From positions 12,250,644-12,314,643 of the forward strand of contig CM120643.1 in the NCBI GenBank assembly GCA_051362555.1: 64,000 bases of DNA, given 5' to 3'. This DNA comes from Lingula anatina. Taxonomy: Eukaryota > Animalia > Brachiopoda. Positions within the stretch are counted from its first letter, which is position 1, and each line of letters starts with the position of its first letter. The translations under genes and the position numbers were made by a program. Shown here piece after piece: positions 12,663 through 27,029 of this stretch. A model generated the notes under the pieces. That model searched no databases and had not been told where the DNA came from. It saw nothing but the letters and a program-made list of their open reading frames with translations.

Positions 12663-15600
12663 GTGCGCGTGCTTAGATGAACATACGTGTGTTTGTAAAC
12701 ATGAAGCATGCAGCATATCCTTTCCTTGTACACTTCCTCCATTCTGCAAACCCGTCACTTTTTGACCTGACAGCTACAACTTAATCAATGGTGCTGCAGA
12801 TGTGTAATATACCTAATTTAAGTTTATTCATATTTCATCTAGGTTGGTATTATTGTTAATTTTTTCTCCTGCTGGTCATACATATGTAATTATCTAGCAT
12901 TGAAATTGCCTCACAACCTGATGCACACGTCATCTGAGGTAACTATGCCTGTGTGTAAATGTACTGATTTAAAATAGCTCACTGAATACATGTATTTATG
13001 AAGCAACATGGTTTCTAGTTAGCATATTTATTAATTCATTCATTTTTAATTTAATATAGATATCCAGTGAGTATAAAACAAAGTCAATTATATAACTAAA
13101 ATTAAGCAACAGCCTACTTTTATTTACATAATCTATTTATTTTATTACTTATTATTTTGCTTTAATTATTTGTCAACTTTGTCAGAAGGAAGAATGTAAC
13201 ATAATTTATTTTTACTTTCGAATCAACAGAGGCATGTTACTGGCAGATTGAAAAAAAAGCAGTTTCATTTCCTCATTTTTCTCTTAAAAGTTACTCCATC
13301 CTGAACTGTCTAGCTTTACAAAAAAAATTTCAGGCTGAAATGTTATGCACTTCAAAACAGGTTTTCCTCCACTGAACTTAAACCTGGGCCAGGGTTGACA
13401 AATAGGCAACATTCCTTCTATAACCAAGAGGGGGAGCTCTGCTTACTCTAACTTACATAAACTTATACAAAGTTAAACCTGCACTTCATTTTACCATTTA
13501 TATATACTTGTCCTTTAAAGGCATGCTGTTATCTCCTTGACATTTGTTGCCTAATATTTGTATCTACTTTAAGTTATTAAATTGACACAATTTCTTTGAC
13601 CTGTGGGGTTTGAGGGTGTCGTGCTGTCAACCTTCTCGACTGCATGTTTTATCACTTATTAACACGTACTTTCATAATGCACCTCCCCACGACTGTCTGA
13701 CTACATACTAAGTGTTTACTCATGCAGATCATACGCACCTACCAGGTAAAAAAGACAACCATCAAACATTTTTTTAAAATTCTTCTTTTATATTCTACAC
13801 AATCACATGCATAAGTATACCAGGCATGTCATTACAAAGGAATTTAAAATGCATACCCATCACAGGGAGGGGCTGATAATTCACGTCTACAAGCTGCATT
13901 GACTTTATAATACTCTACAAAATATTAGTTACTAAATATGTTGTGTACTTTATGATACTTTGCACTGTTACCAAAACTTGACATTAGACACAAATATTTA
14001 TGATTCACGTCTGACATTAACTTACATGCAAGCACACACATGGACACATGCATACTACAGCATGCGCGTGAGCACGCACACACACACACATACACACACA
14101 CACACACACAGTGCCCCTAATTGCTTGTAATAATAATCAGCATTACCTTGAAACTGGATATTTTCCCTCTTTGCAACCTAAATGGTGGCCCACCTTCCAC
14201 AATTATCATGTCATCACTCAACCACCACTAACTGTGATATGTTTGTGCATAATCTACTACGCCCAATGTCAGCGCCTGCAGTGCTACAAGACACATTCAA
14301 AGCTGAGCTAACTTGAACTGGTTTACATAACATCACTTAATGAATGTGTATCACCTTAACAGGTGCTCTCTCTCTCTCTCCCTCTCTCTCTCTCTCCCCC
14401 CATCTCTCTCTCTCTCCCCCCCCCCCCCAGGGGTTTATCTAACATCATAAAATAAAGCATAACAGAACAGGTCACTGAAGCTCCCAATCCCCACTACTTT
14501 TCTAACTTTAATTTTATTAGATGAATATTATCACTGTGACCACAGAATACTAACAGTAACCTCTCACACCCCACTCCTAAGATCAGAATTTCAAAATCTA
14601 CGTAAAGCAATCTCACTTACTGCCAACATCGGCTGAATATTTCCTGTGTAGGTTAAACCAGTGCTGCACTAAGACGGAGATAACAAGTGGCAATGTTTTC
14701 TTAATGATGTGACTTACATAATGTAGTGCAATTATACTGGGTTGTGTGACTGAAGGATGGTGCATGGATTTTTTTTTCTTTTTTTTTTTTTTTTGAACCT
14801 TGCAGAAATACTGATCAACTTAATTTGAGAATAAAACTCTTATTCTATAAAAAAAAATGGAGAATCTTACTTTCATGGGGTTTTTGTTATTTAAATTCTA
14901 AAAATCTTATATCTTTAGTTTTTGTGTATTAATATATATATATATTCAGAAGTCTGAACATTGATCAGTATAGGAAGTCTATACATTCTTTAAATGCAAA
15001 AATTCATCTTTGAAAAAGAAGGGGAAAACAAACATAGGCTCAGCAAGACAATAAGGTCAATGTATCATCTCTGTAAGTAAGGGAGGAGCTGCTTTTAAAT
15101 TCTAGTGACTTGTAATTCTTTTCTTTGTCTGACGTCAGTTATGTATGAAGGAGTTCCACCTTAATTTTGCCATACCTGGCCAGGAAATTACATTTTCTAG
15201 TAGAAATTGCTCCTGAAATATTTTCTTTTTCATAAATAAATAAATTATGAACTAACTCAACAATTGTCATAGATTTGTAAATAAAAATTGCTTTTAAATT
15301 ATTCGGTTTCTGATTGTTAATCTTTTATGTTAAAACACCTGATATAAAAGACAAACTGCCAAAAATATGGAAAGAATAAAGTAAGTTTTCCTATCAAGGC
15401 CGGCATCAGTAGAATAGATATCAGGTCGCCATAAGCTCCTTAAAAAAAATTGGTACCATTTTCACCAAAGAACTGGAGTCAAAAAACAGACATGCGATTA
15501 AGCATGCAATTAAACATGCATCACCATTCCTAATAAATGACAGCTAGTATTACATTTTTTACATGTAATTTTAGATTTTACATGTAATTCTGCAGTCATG

Positions 15601-16344
15601 AAAATGGTAATGGCTTACATAGGCTTCTTTCAAGGACACAAAGCAGCAACAGGAAGATAAACTGTTTACCTTTATATGTTGATCCATCTTCACTAAAATT
15701 TCCAGTAGATAAATTATTGCTCTCTCATTTTCTTGGAACTCCAGTTGTTGAATACTTGTTATTTTATTTATTTATTTTGCTGCTAATATGCAGAGTAGGA
15801 GGTAAAAAATTATTGATAAAGTTGTAAAAGAATAAAAAAATAATAATCTGGATAACAAAATTGCAGGAACATGGTATTATTAACACCATAAATTTGTTAT
15901 ATTTGATCTGAGACTTATTATTCTTACACATCATAGAATTAAATCTTACCTCAGCGTACCCCCCTCGCCCCCCCTTCTCCCTCCCCCCCCCCCACCCCCT
16001 CTTCGCTAACAACCAAAAGTCAACACAGATCACTTATTTGTAGTCAATCAGAACATTAAGTGCTACGGCATGTAGTAATTTATTGAACCCATTTGAACCT
16101 GACGCATTCAAACGCATTAACTGCAGTGAAAAGCCAGAAGTGAGCACAATCATTGGTTAATTAATGTCACATTTTATTAACGAAGATGCAACAAAGGAGA
16201 CTGGAAGAATGGAGCATTAAGTGAAATAACATCGATCTTTTTTTTTTTTTTGAGAGTGTCAGGTTTCTGTCTCGCCAAGTGCAGTGAATAAGATGTTAGG
16301 GCTTATCATTAGGGTGCCTTGTGTCATGCCATGTAATTTTCTAA

Positions 16345-16569
16345 GGGTGCATTCCCAGAGATTTAGATCGATCCAGAGATTAAGATTTAGATCAACCTAA
16401 CTCCCTGGGAGTTCACGCTAAACTGCAGTCAGCCGTGCGCGCACCATAGTTAATTATCCCCTTACTGCTTTTAGTAGGCGGAACAGACACTTAAGCCGGC
16501 TAAGCTGACAGTAAGCTAGTGAGACTCTCCACAGGGATAGATCGATCTAAAATCTATGGGAATGGGGTC
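16345..16569. mobile_element. PIF/Harbinger-like MITE family B (TSD TAA)
   Basis: TAA[GGGTGCATTCCCA...TGGGAATGGGGTC]TAA; interior homologous to 33793-34006. Confidence 0.88.
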
Positions 16570-19292
16570 TAAGGTTACCGTAATGACTCCATCTTTTCAT
16601 ATTTTTTTTTACAGCATGTGTAGTGCCTTTAGTGCATAGAATAGAGTAACAAGGGAGTTTGTTTTTTTATTTTGTTGCTACCACTCAATTTGGAATGTTT
16701 TAATTTTAAGGATATATGACTTAAAAATACAGTATCTGAAAAATTCATAATTAATTTCCCCATTGACTTACCGTATGTTTATAACCAGACCAAATTAAGT
16801 CAAACATAGTCTAGCCAACAACAGATTTTCAGACCTCCAAATAATAGATTCAGTAGTTAAAAGGTACTACAAGGGTCCCTATGTTATCTGCTCTATATAA
16901 TACCTCAAAACAGCAACAACATCAAGCATAAAACACAAGGAAAAAATAATTAAGAACAAAAAACAACCCATAAAATGCTTTTAGCCTTATCTCAATCTGT
17001 CTGTGTCTGTGTCTGACCCATATCTAGTAGAATACCCAGCTGTCTATAGTACTGAAGGCCTGATAAACATCAAGTCTCTACCTTCACACCTGTGTAGGGA
17101 AGCTTTTCTACTACAACTTACTCGACCGTGTCACGCACATGTTGTCTGAGTTCTATGTCACGGTCCGCCAGACAGGTGGAACGCTACTACAAGGCTGGGG
17201 TCCTCGCACAACGACAATAATTTACATATCTGCCAACCTAGGCCAATGCACAGTAGTATCTCCTACCAGGCAATTTTTTTTATTTTGAAGCCCTGCACAA
17301 ACTGAATCATTTACTTAGCTCAGATTTTTGACTTAGGATCACGTTATCGTAAGTTTTAGTCATTCGGTTTTTCTGGCTGCAGGGAGTTATGCAGGCAGGC
17401 TGCCATGTTATTTTTTAAGAAATACATATAAACAGGCAAATTTCATTTAAATAAGTTCATGAGTTTGATCCCATTAGGACTTGATAAGACAGGACAAGGA
17501 CTTACTAAGGCCAGCAAACGTTGAAGGCCGCGGAGGGGCAATTTTGTAAAATTCATGCAGCCTTCACTGGCTAACAACCTGTCCTAAATCTACCCCCCCC
17601 CCTACCCCCACCCCCAAATTCAAGTGTAATGAGGCTCTGAAATTAGTCAATTAATCTAATTCATTTAAATATTTCACAGCTGTAAAAAGTGAATCCCATT
17701 CTGAACAAGTTACCAGCACAAGAAAATTTGATTTAATAGACACAAAAATTAAATCTAAATGCACTGTTACAGGGGGGCTGGGCTGATCTGATGCCTAAGA
17801 CTCCATCCTCTCACAAAAAAAAAAAGATTTTAAGTCGTACAGAATATTGTTTGTGAAAATGTGTGGAAACTTGTAAAACTTGCAGAAACAGCCATATAGC
17901 TATGCGTTAGTGATCAGACCCGTGCAAGCAACAGCTCTGTAAACTTTCAAAAAGAATATTTAATATTTCCTGACAATTCTATTTGACACCAGTAAACGGC
18001 AAGGACCTGCAGTTGGTCTTAATACAATGCTGACAGACCGACACAATCCTGCATCCAGGTAACACAGGTGAGTCAAAGTCTGGGGCACAGATGAGAGAGC
18101 TTGTTACACTTTTGAATTTCGAGGATCAATTGGCCCACGTGTTCATGCTCATTTTGAACAAGACCGCCACCAACAAACAAAGGGTAGTCAAGCAGCTAGC
18201 CAACGAATTTTTTTCCAGGGACATTTCAATGAGAGCAAAAATAATAAATAAATATTCAAAATTTAAAATATTTCGGAGATTGCAATATGTGTTGAAAACA
18301 ATACGTACCAGGAGATTTCAAGATTAGGAGATACATTTCACTGAATACAATAACTATAAGGAGATATTAAGATCAGGAGATCTTAAAAAGTTTTATAAGT
18401 CTTTATATTATAAAAAAAATATATGTCATACATTGATTCATATATTAAGAGAGAAAGAGAGAGAGAGAGAGAGAGAACAAATGAGACAGCCCATTACAAA
18501 GTGAAGGTTTGAAATTTGTGCTAAACTGCTTCAGTTATCCCGCTGTTCTAGCCCTGACAGGCCTTAAGTATCACTTGCAAACTGACTTTTAAACTGACAA
18601 ATTTGGTAACATTGTTCAGGTGCCCCCAGCAAGACCTGTCAAAATACAATCCACAAGTACCATACTCTACAATAAAGTGAGCAGGAAGAAAAACAAAACC
18701 TTCCTGAAACTGTTTCAGTGGAGACCCAACGAAAATGCTTCAAGAGCTGCTGAAATGTAGAACTATAACAGAGTATGACTAAATCCTCTCTCCCATCTCC
18801 ATCCCTTATTATTCTGTCCAAGTGGCAAGAGACAAAAGGACAACACAAAGTTTCAATGGCAACCAAAAAAGTAAGGCACATCTACACCTGACCAGACCCT
18901 TTCTTCAGTTTTTATGTTCAGAAATTATTCTAAATGACTTATCATGCCTTTTAAAAAGTTGGTTAAGGTAAACCAAATGCAACTCGTCCGAAAGCCCTGG
19001 TTTTACCAGTTCAACTTTTTTTCTCTTAGTGAAATAATTTAAAGCAACAGTGTTGAACTAAAAGTTAAAACTGAGAAAAAAAAGACATCAAGCTTTTTAT
19101 AATATGAGTGACCTTCACAACATAGGCCTGAAATAATGAAATATTTGACAAAATGTCAAAAAATATTTTATTTTCAAGAAGTGGGAATGTCGGATACCAT
19201 TTGTTTGTTTTCTTTTAAATTTATTAGAAATGAGTGACATCCAAATAACACTACCAGACATACACGCATGATCAGCAACAAAGGTTAGATAT

Positions 19293-19714
19293 ATTAGCTA
19301 TAGGAGGGTGAGAGGGGACATGATTGAGATGTATAAACTAGTCACTGGGATATACCATAAATCAACTAGAGATTTTACTTAATTATGGTCCAGTCATTCA
19401 CATAGGTCTGGTAATAGAGGAAATTGTTTCAAGCTATTCCGTCAAAGAGCCAAATTAGACTTGAGAAAATACAGCTTCACTGTGCGTACAACACAAATAT
19501 GGAATAGCCTACTCGATCAAGTTGTCAGGGCAAAAAGCCTCAACTCTTTTAAGAACAGATTAGACAAGTGGTGGGATGACCAGGAACTCAAATATGACAA
19601 TTATAGGTCCGAAATTAACATCATCGGAAGTCACAAGTTAGTTTTGGAGGAAGAGTCCGATAAAGAGGATCCAGTAGGAACCTGAATCGAAAATCAACGC
19701 TAATCTAATCTAAT
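19293..19714 (+). mobile_element. 5'-truncated CR1/L2-group LINE, 3' end of ORF2 plus tail
   Basis: YRRVRGDMIEMYK...RGNCFKL...LRKYSFTVRTTQIWNSL..VV.AKSLNSFKNRLDKWW is the typical CR1-type ORF2 C-terminus. It has one in-frame stop and ends in (CTAAT)n. Confidence 0.9.
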
Positions 19715-22299
19715 ATTCTATTCAGGACTCTTTATTCATCACCTCCTGAACCAAACATTGTTTCACCTTTGAATTCTACAATTACACATCTTCTTTACAT
19801 CTTTTTTTTTATCCACAAAAGAAAAAAAGAATGTGGGAGTACACTCAGTTTTTACTAGTGTGACTAAACTGACTTCCATTTTCTTCGTTTACAAGCAGGC
19901 TGCATACTTAGCCTGTGAACTCTGGCACTATTTTCAGACAAATATCAATTTTCGTAACAGACGACATCGTCCATTTCCATGTTAATTTTCATAAGAGAAG
20001 CCCAGACCCACAACTATTCCCTCCCTGTGGAAGAACCCTGGCGTCCTTGTCTTTGCAATCAGGTCACCAAGAGAAATATTTTTGTTTTTCTCTTTGGACG
20101 ACTTTAATTCTACCCACCCCCTTTCCTAATCCAAATTTTTACTCTCTCCCCCCTCCTCCCCATTTCCCTCTTCTCCTCCTCCTCCTAAAAAATTACATAA
20201 TTTTTTGTAAACTTTATTTCCAAAATTAGGCTACATTCCGATAAAGCAAAGTAGCAAATGTACTACAAAAGGTTTTAGTAAGGGAGGGTTCAGTTAGAGG
20301 AAACTACAATATTTTGTAGTTGGCCTTAGACTTCCTGTCATGAGGGGATGTCATCCAGGTTACGCAGGGTGGCCCACTTTTACAACTCCTAATTCTACAG
20401 TACGCTGCTTACAAGTTTTTATTTTAACTCTGCTTGCAGGTTTTGCGTTAAGTTTCTCATTTGTGTATCACTTAAATCTTCAAAAATTGCAAAAATCTTT
20501 CAGAAAATTTCTTGAAAAAAAAATCATTTTATTTCATGCCAGTTTACTGTTCAGTTGAAACTATGTTGTGGATTTATATGTTATGTATATAAAAATCCAT
20601 CCTTATCAATAAATTCTACTCAACAAATATCAATGGAAAAAATCAATCATGTTCCAAGCACAAAACTACAGATTTACTCACAATACTGTTTATGATATTC
20701 TTAATTTGATAAACACTCAGAGGTGTTAGCATCATGCAATTGTATTTTTCCATGACTGAAACTGCCAATAGCTTAAAATTATCAGAATAAAAATATGCAC
20801 TCTCAAATCTAATTTCACGAAAAAGAAACCAGAAACTGAAAGAGCAACTCATAATTCAAATGTCATTTACAAACACCATACATCGAAGTCTTACAATATT
20901 TGACATTCAATTCCAAACTGCAACAACATGCTTACCAAGCCAATGCTGCCCACAATTTATTTAAAAAAAATCAAATGGTCTTTTTTTGGCATGCCACACA
21001 CATGCTTCATGGTTTCTTTATAGAGACCTCACACAGTTAACTGCATTCACAGGCAGTTCACATCAATCCTAAATTAAACTGACATCATAAAATAAGTTGA
21101 CCATAAAATGTATGTATGAAAAATATGATTTATGTGAACATTTATTTGGTTACGTCAGAGTACAGGACCCTTTAAAGGTACATACGAACCGAGCATCGGT
21201 GGAGCGTGGATTCCCAGTAACACATGTAAACCTCTTCTACTAGATTCTTTTATGACTCAAATAAATTCTACATGCCAAGGGATAAACTGAATAGATCACT
21301 CGATCAGCCATAAAATACCTATAGACTGCTCCTTTCTTTAAATTTTTGGTTGTAAATTTAACCTACTTTCGTGACCTACTTTCCTGCCCCATTGACATAC
21401 AGTTTAGAATGCCAGCAGAAAAATCCGTTCAAACCTCATTTTCGGGTAAAATTAAACAATGCCTTTTGGTAATTCTCTTAGTTATACTACTTGAAACTAT
21501 ATGCTGGCATTTGGTTGGTTTTTGTGACAAAAAATTGACTTTGTATGCATCTTTAATAGTCCCACTGGGCCTTTGTATTCTTAATTAGACTTAAATCGAC
21601 CAGCTCACATGGAGATGTCAATTCGGTCTCTTTTCTGTTCAAGTTAGGTTGGTTGTGAACATGTCTTCTCACGGCTTCATTAGTACAGCTGTTATTTCCA
21701 TTGCGGAAAGCATGATTGTGAATGAATGGATTGTGTGCATTAGGGAGGCCGTCACCTCACCTATGTTCACATCGTCACCTCGCCCATGTTAACATCGTGA
21801 CTGGGGCATAATCAAAGCTAAATATGATCAGTTTCTGAATAAACTGAGTTCAATATCAGTGCACTGAACAATTTGCATTCTTGATATGTTATATGGTGGA
21901 CTTGATGGTGCCAGTGTTCTGGTCTTGCTTTTTATAAATCAGAAAAAAATTATCCACAATAACAATGGGTTTTGAAAAAAAACTGACTATAAATCAAAAC
22001 AGATATTGTTGTAACTCATTCATAAATCTTATTTTTTTAAAAAAAGTGATTCATTAATCTTGACAAGTAAAGAATGAACCAGTTCTAACAAAATCCTAAC
22101 AACAGATAAAATCAAGACGAATTCCATTTTTGGAAACACTGTGCAGCAATTGCTTCTCTAAAAAAATGTCTTTGATCAATTTAGTCATATTTCCTAGCAA
22201 GCTCAAGATGTAGAATCTTCACCAATCATCATACTGGTAACCTCTGAGAAATACAAATAAAATGCATCTTTGGTCCATTTACTTTTGTAATTTCTACTT

Positions 22300-23257
22300 C
22301 AGGCCTTCCCAACTACCAGACTCGGCACCTACGGGTCCAGTATAAACCGGTTTATCAGACCACACTACCCGTTTTCAAGGTGTGTGTCAGATCGCATTAC
22401 AGAGTATCAGCCACCACACCGATTTTGCCTGGTGCGCGATGTGATAGCAATGATCCTAAGCGGGGTTGGAAAGTAGTGCATCTCATCTAGATTCATGCGC
22501 TGCTGCAATTTTCTCTGTTTATGCTAAAATCTGACAGTACCGCAATTTTTAACATAAAATTTAGGTTCGGACATAGCCAATGATGTTTTGTAAATAAGAA
22601 CTTGCAAACTTATATATTAATTTAGAAAAGTAGACCTAATTTTGATAGCAGAAGCATATTCTGTCGGGGGTTAAATATTTTCGTGACTACCGGGATGGAC
22701 GAGATTGAGGGCAGGAGAGAGGGGTGAGAGGGGTGAGAAACGTCCATTGTTCTCGTCAGCGCGGCTGTCCTTTTTCAGGGTTTGTACGCACGGACAGAAA
22801 ACTTAAGTATTGTGGGAACGTTACTAATGAAGCCACTGGTAGTACTAGTAGATATCAGCCTGTAGTCTTGAACAAGCGCCTCGATGACGAGTGAACAGTT
22901 GTCAAAAACAAAAGACCCAGTAGTTCAACTACTGTTGATGCGTGCCGCAACGACCAAACCTAATTGCTCCTCAAGGCCACAAAACAATAACCGGTACTGA
23001 CGGCTAGGCTCGTCTTAATCATATAAGTAGCGCGTTTCCACCCCCTGATTGAGGGAGTCGTCTGTTGTATTCATGCGACTCCTACTTGACGAAAACGAGG
23101 CGCGATACCCAGATGACAGGTAGGCTTACAGAATTTGTGATAGGGTATGATACTCTTTTATGCGATCTGACACACACCTTGAAAACGGGTAGTGTGGTCA
23201 GATATACCGGTTTATTCTAGACCCGTAGGTGCCGAGTCTGGTAGTTGGGAAGGCCTG
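22300..23257. mobile_element. MITE family A, copy 2 (958 bp, TSD TACTT)
   Basis: Same TIRs; TACTT at 22295-22299 and 23258-23262; different, CpG-rich interior. Confidence 0.92.
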
Positions 23258-25489
23258 TACTTTCTGCATACAGGGAGGCAATCTCAAAAAGAAATTTTAA
23301 TAAAGCATAAAAAAAAAAGGACACAATTTTCACCCAATCCCCATATTAAAAGTACAGCCAAATGTGCTGACTCATCTTCCTTGTCATTCCAGATTGTCAA
23401 CTATTATATGAATTTTGGGCTCATTTTGAGCTCGGACCGACCTCCAAAAAGTTATGCTAATGGGAACCCTGCTCTCATTTTAGACATAATAGTAATCTTA
23501 TACGGGACATTAAACCTGATGAACAAACACACGGAAATAATGTCTCAGTTTACAAATATAATATAATGACATTTCATGCCACTACAAAGTAACATTTATG
23601 AAGCCCACACAGTATAGGCAACATACATTAATAATCAAACAGTAACAAGGAAACAAAGTTCCTTAAAGCTGTTAAGACTTGAATACATTCATTTAATTAC
23701 TGCCTTGACAATGAGCGCATGATGTTGCATTTTGAACAAAGATAGTTTAGTTTTAATTTCAAATAGAGCCTAACTGACACACACACACACAGAGAGAGAG
23801 AGAGTTTGGGCAATATACATAATTGAGTCGTCAGTCTGACAGTCTCTACAAGATGATCAGGCAGAAGTGGATGATAAGCAGTAATTGAGTGAAACAATTT
23901 GATCTTCAGCAATAAACAAAACCCCTGTTCTCATCTTTCCATTCATGGTGCATACATTAGATTTACACAAGTAAACAAGCTACTACATAGCCTGGTTATA
24001 TAACCAAACATGGCCACAGGACCTCAACTCTTCTGTCATTTGACAATTTAGGAAGTTAATGTACTGTGGCAAATTAAGCTTTAAAAAAAGCTAGATTGGA
24101 ACTAGGCCATGGGAGTGAACTGACTTCTACAACTTTTAAAATTACATTATTAAGATCATGCTTACTTGTAGATGTTCATAAACGACACATTGATGAACTA
24201 GACAGGTTAGCTGGTAAATATACAGCCATTTAATGGAAAAAGCCGGCATCCCCGTTTTGTTGTTAAAACAATCAGGCACATTTTAGTTAGCAATAACTTT
24301 TGTAAAAAATAATCCAATCATGGTGTCTTTCACAGTGATCAGAATATCTTCAATTACACAGTGTCTGTATATAAAATTGTGTATTATCTGTAATGGACAT
24401 ACATGAGTGAGGCTCTTTTGAAAATGTGTTTAGAGCCAGATCAAATTTTTCTTATGCAATGAGAAGCAAATAGGTACCTATGTCTAAGACAGAAAATAAA
24501 TCAATAAATCTGTCAATAATCTTAAGTTGAAATTTTTTCACAGTTGCTTTATGGGCACAACAAAAAAAATTCATACCTATTTTTTTTTTTAATTATTAAA
24601 AGAAAACGTGAAAAGTTTTTTAAATATTCAAACATTTGAAATAGCATCCTTTGTAAGTCCCTTGGCCAATTCTGAATTTTTAATTCTGGAGTTGACCATT
24701 AAGCAGCATTGCCCAATTTCATGATTGTGTAAGATAGACTTTTTCTACACAAAATACGAAATGTTCTTTTTTTAGTCCACAAATGGCTGTAATTAAAAAT
24801 GATCAAGAATAGCATTTGCCATTATCCTCTAGTCTTAGATTTCACTACCAGTTCTTAAATAGAGCAAATAACTTATTTAATCAAATCAGTGTCTATCATT
24901 TAATAATAATTATAGTTATTATTATCATTTCTTATCATTATTATTACCTCTGTAGAAAATTGTATGCCCAAGTGTGGGCCTAACTACATAACAGTTCTGC
25001 AAAAACCACCTGTTGCGTCCACCTGTATAAGCTAGAGGTAACCTATTCCTACTTAGGACATGACACAGTGACACACTTGATAGTACTTAGCGTCTTTACT
25101 AGTGCCAACATTTATGATTAGTCTCACTGTGATAATAGCTTTTTAGTATTCAGATGATAACCTGCACATTCTACATGGCCTTATTTCCAGGAATCATATT
25201 TCCAGGATCTGTCTATTTTAAAGAACAAAACAAATAGTTACAGGTTTTTTTATTATGGATTCAGGGGACAGCCAGACCAAATATAAAATAAAAACATACC
25301 CATCTTTTTACACATTCCCTTTATCTGTTTTATCTATTAATAATTCTATCTATTTATTATTGATCTAATTTAGCTTATAGAAACTAAATTAGATAAATAA
25401 ACAGATATAACTACAGTAAACTAAATATCTAAGACAAGTAATAATTCATCTCCTTGTATTCCCAGTCTGAAACAGTGACAACATCAGTT

Positions 25490-25697
25490 TCATTACAACA
25501 TCAACATCAACAGTAACAAAACCAAAAACAGCAGTTTTACAGTAATAACATCAACAGTGACAACAGCAACATCAACAGTAAAAATACCAAACAAACAATC
25601 ATTATAGTAACAACACCAACAACACTCACAGTTACAATAATACCAACACCAACAGTAACAACACCAACAACAGTCTCACAGTAACAACACCAACAGT
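25490..25697. repeat. CAA/ACA-rich low-complexity repeat
   Basis: Degenerate (CAACAGTAA/CAACAC)n. Confidence 0.8.
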
Positions 25698-25702
25698 GAG
25701 AA

Positions 25703-25881
25703 CACTGGGGTAGCGCTAGCAATTTTTTTTCGTTTAGCCAAATCACCACTTTTTTGTCAATTTGTTTTCACAAATGGTAATAATTTGACTAAAAGAAGTC
25801 AAATCAAGCTCTTTTTGTTGAGCCAATTTAAGTCAATTTTAGCATTTGGCTAAATTGGCGAGTGTTAGCGCTACCCCAGCG
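25703..25881. mobile_element. MITE family F, copy 1 (CTGGGGTAGCGCT TIR)
   Basis: Colinear with 51359-51542; internal TTAGCCAA/TTGGCTAA motifs; TSD not resolved. Confidence 0.8.
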
Positions 25882-25909
25882 ACAGCAATCTCACCCGTCA
25901 ACCACTTAC

Positions 25910-26053
25910 CTGTTTGCACTGCTGTCAAACCTTGAGTCTTACTAGAGGGTATGGTCACTACAAATGCACTGCGTCTTACTGCAGGGTCACTGCTAATCCC
26001 CGGGGAGTCCGGCTTCCCATTGACACGTCCTCGCTCGGACATGTTCCTGGATC
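25910..26053 (-). CDS. Probable first coding exon of unidentified - strand gene (ATG at 26042: MSERGRVNGKPDSPGISSDPAVRRSAFVVTIPSSKTQGLTAVQT)
   Basis: 144-nt exon with strong acceptor (ctttttcctcctcAG) and donor (CAG|GTAAGT), GC-richer than its flanks. Only one frame is open, ending in phase 1. Confidence 0.65.
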
Positions 26054-27029
26054 CTGAGGAGGAAAAAGACGAGAATATTGGTCTTTATATACATATCAGC
26101 ATGAAGATTGTACCATGTGATGTTGGGAAAACAAAAACGTGAACATGATTCTGATTCAGCATCCGATCTGAATGTGCAAGTTGTGTCAGAAATATGACAG
26201 TATGGTTGCTATGTACAAAAATAAAAAAAAAACTTGGTTGGAAAAGACTTCAAAAAGAAGATTTTTGAGCACAATTCCTTTTTTTCTGAAGTAACCTATA
26301 TATACTCACCCACCCCTCAGGTTTTCTCCTCAACTCAATTTAGAGAATTATTCAATACAAAAAAAAAGTGGGTGGTTGCATTCCTCCATTTCCTGACACA
26401 AGTAGCACAAGAATATTTCAAATAAAGTGGGTTTCATTTAGCCTTCCAAATTGAAATTGCAATATCTAACCAAATGGAACAAGTCTAAGGGTATATTCCC
26501 AATGAAACTACTGTACAAGGTAGAAAGATCCAACTCCACAAAGACTCTTGTCAAATGCAATTAGATTAAATGAATGACACACCTCCACAAGCAGCTAGGA
26601 AGTGATGAACTTTCACATTTGCTTGGCTCCTGGAAGCTTTTTCATTTAACTTTGAGTGCGACAGAAAATACATTACACAACCTAGTGCGATAGTTGCATT
26701 GGGAATGGATCCAAACACATTTTCCCACCCACCGGTAATTGCTGATACCGAGTTCAGTCATATGATGTACTTAATGGTGACAATGATTCAAAAGCATCAT
26801 GATCCCCAGGAACCATATAGCTAACAAGCAGCTTGTGACTGAAAGTTTGTTTGAAGTGTCAGCACAAAATTTTGGGTCTAAATTTCAAATCAGGATAAAA
26901 TCTGCAGTAGTCCACTCACATTGAGTAACTAGTGGTCTAAAAACAGGACCATTTTCTTTTTTGTAACTGAACAGGCACTTTTTAAAATTCATTACGAATA
27001 TACTACTGACCTGGGTCAAAGTAGACTTA

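Noticed and set aside
8501-12758. ORFs with ERERER, LSLSLS or HTHTHT runs
   Set aside because: Microsatellite translation artefacts.
19461-19685. 74-aa ORF as a host gene
   Set aside because: It is the C-terminal fragment of LINE ORF2 with an upstream in-frame stop.
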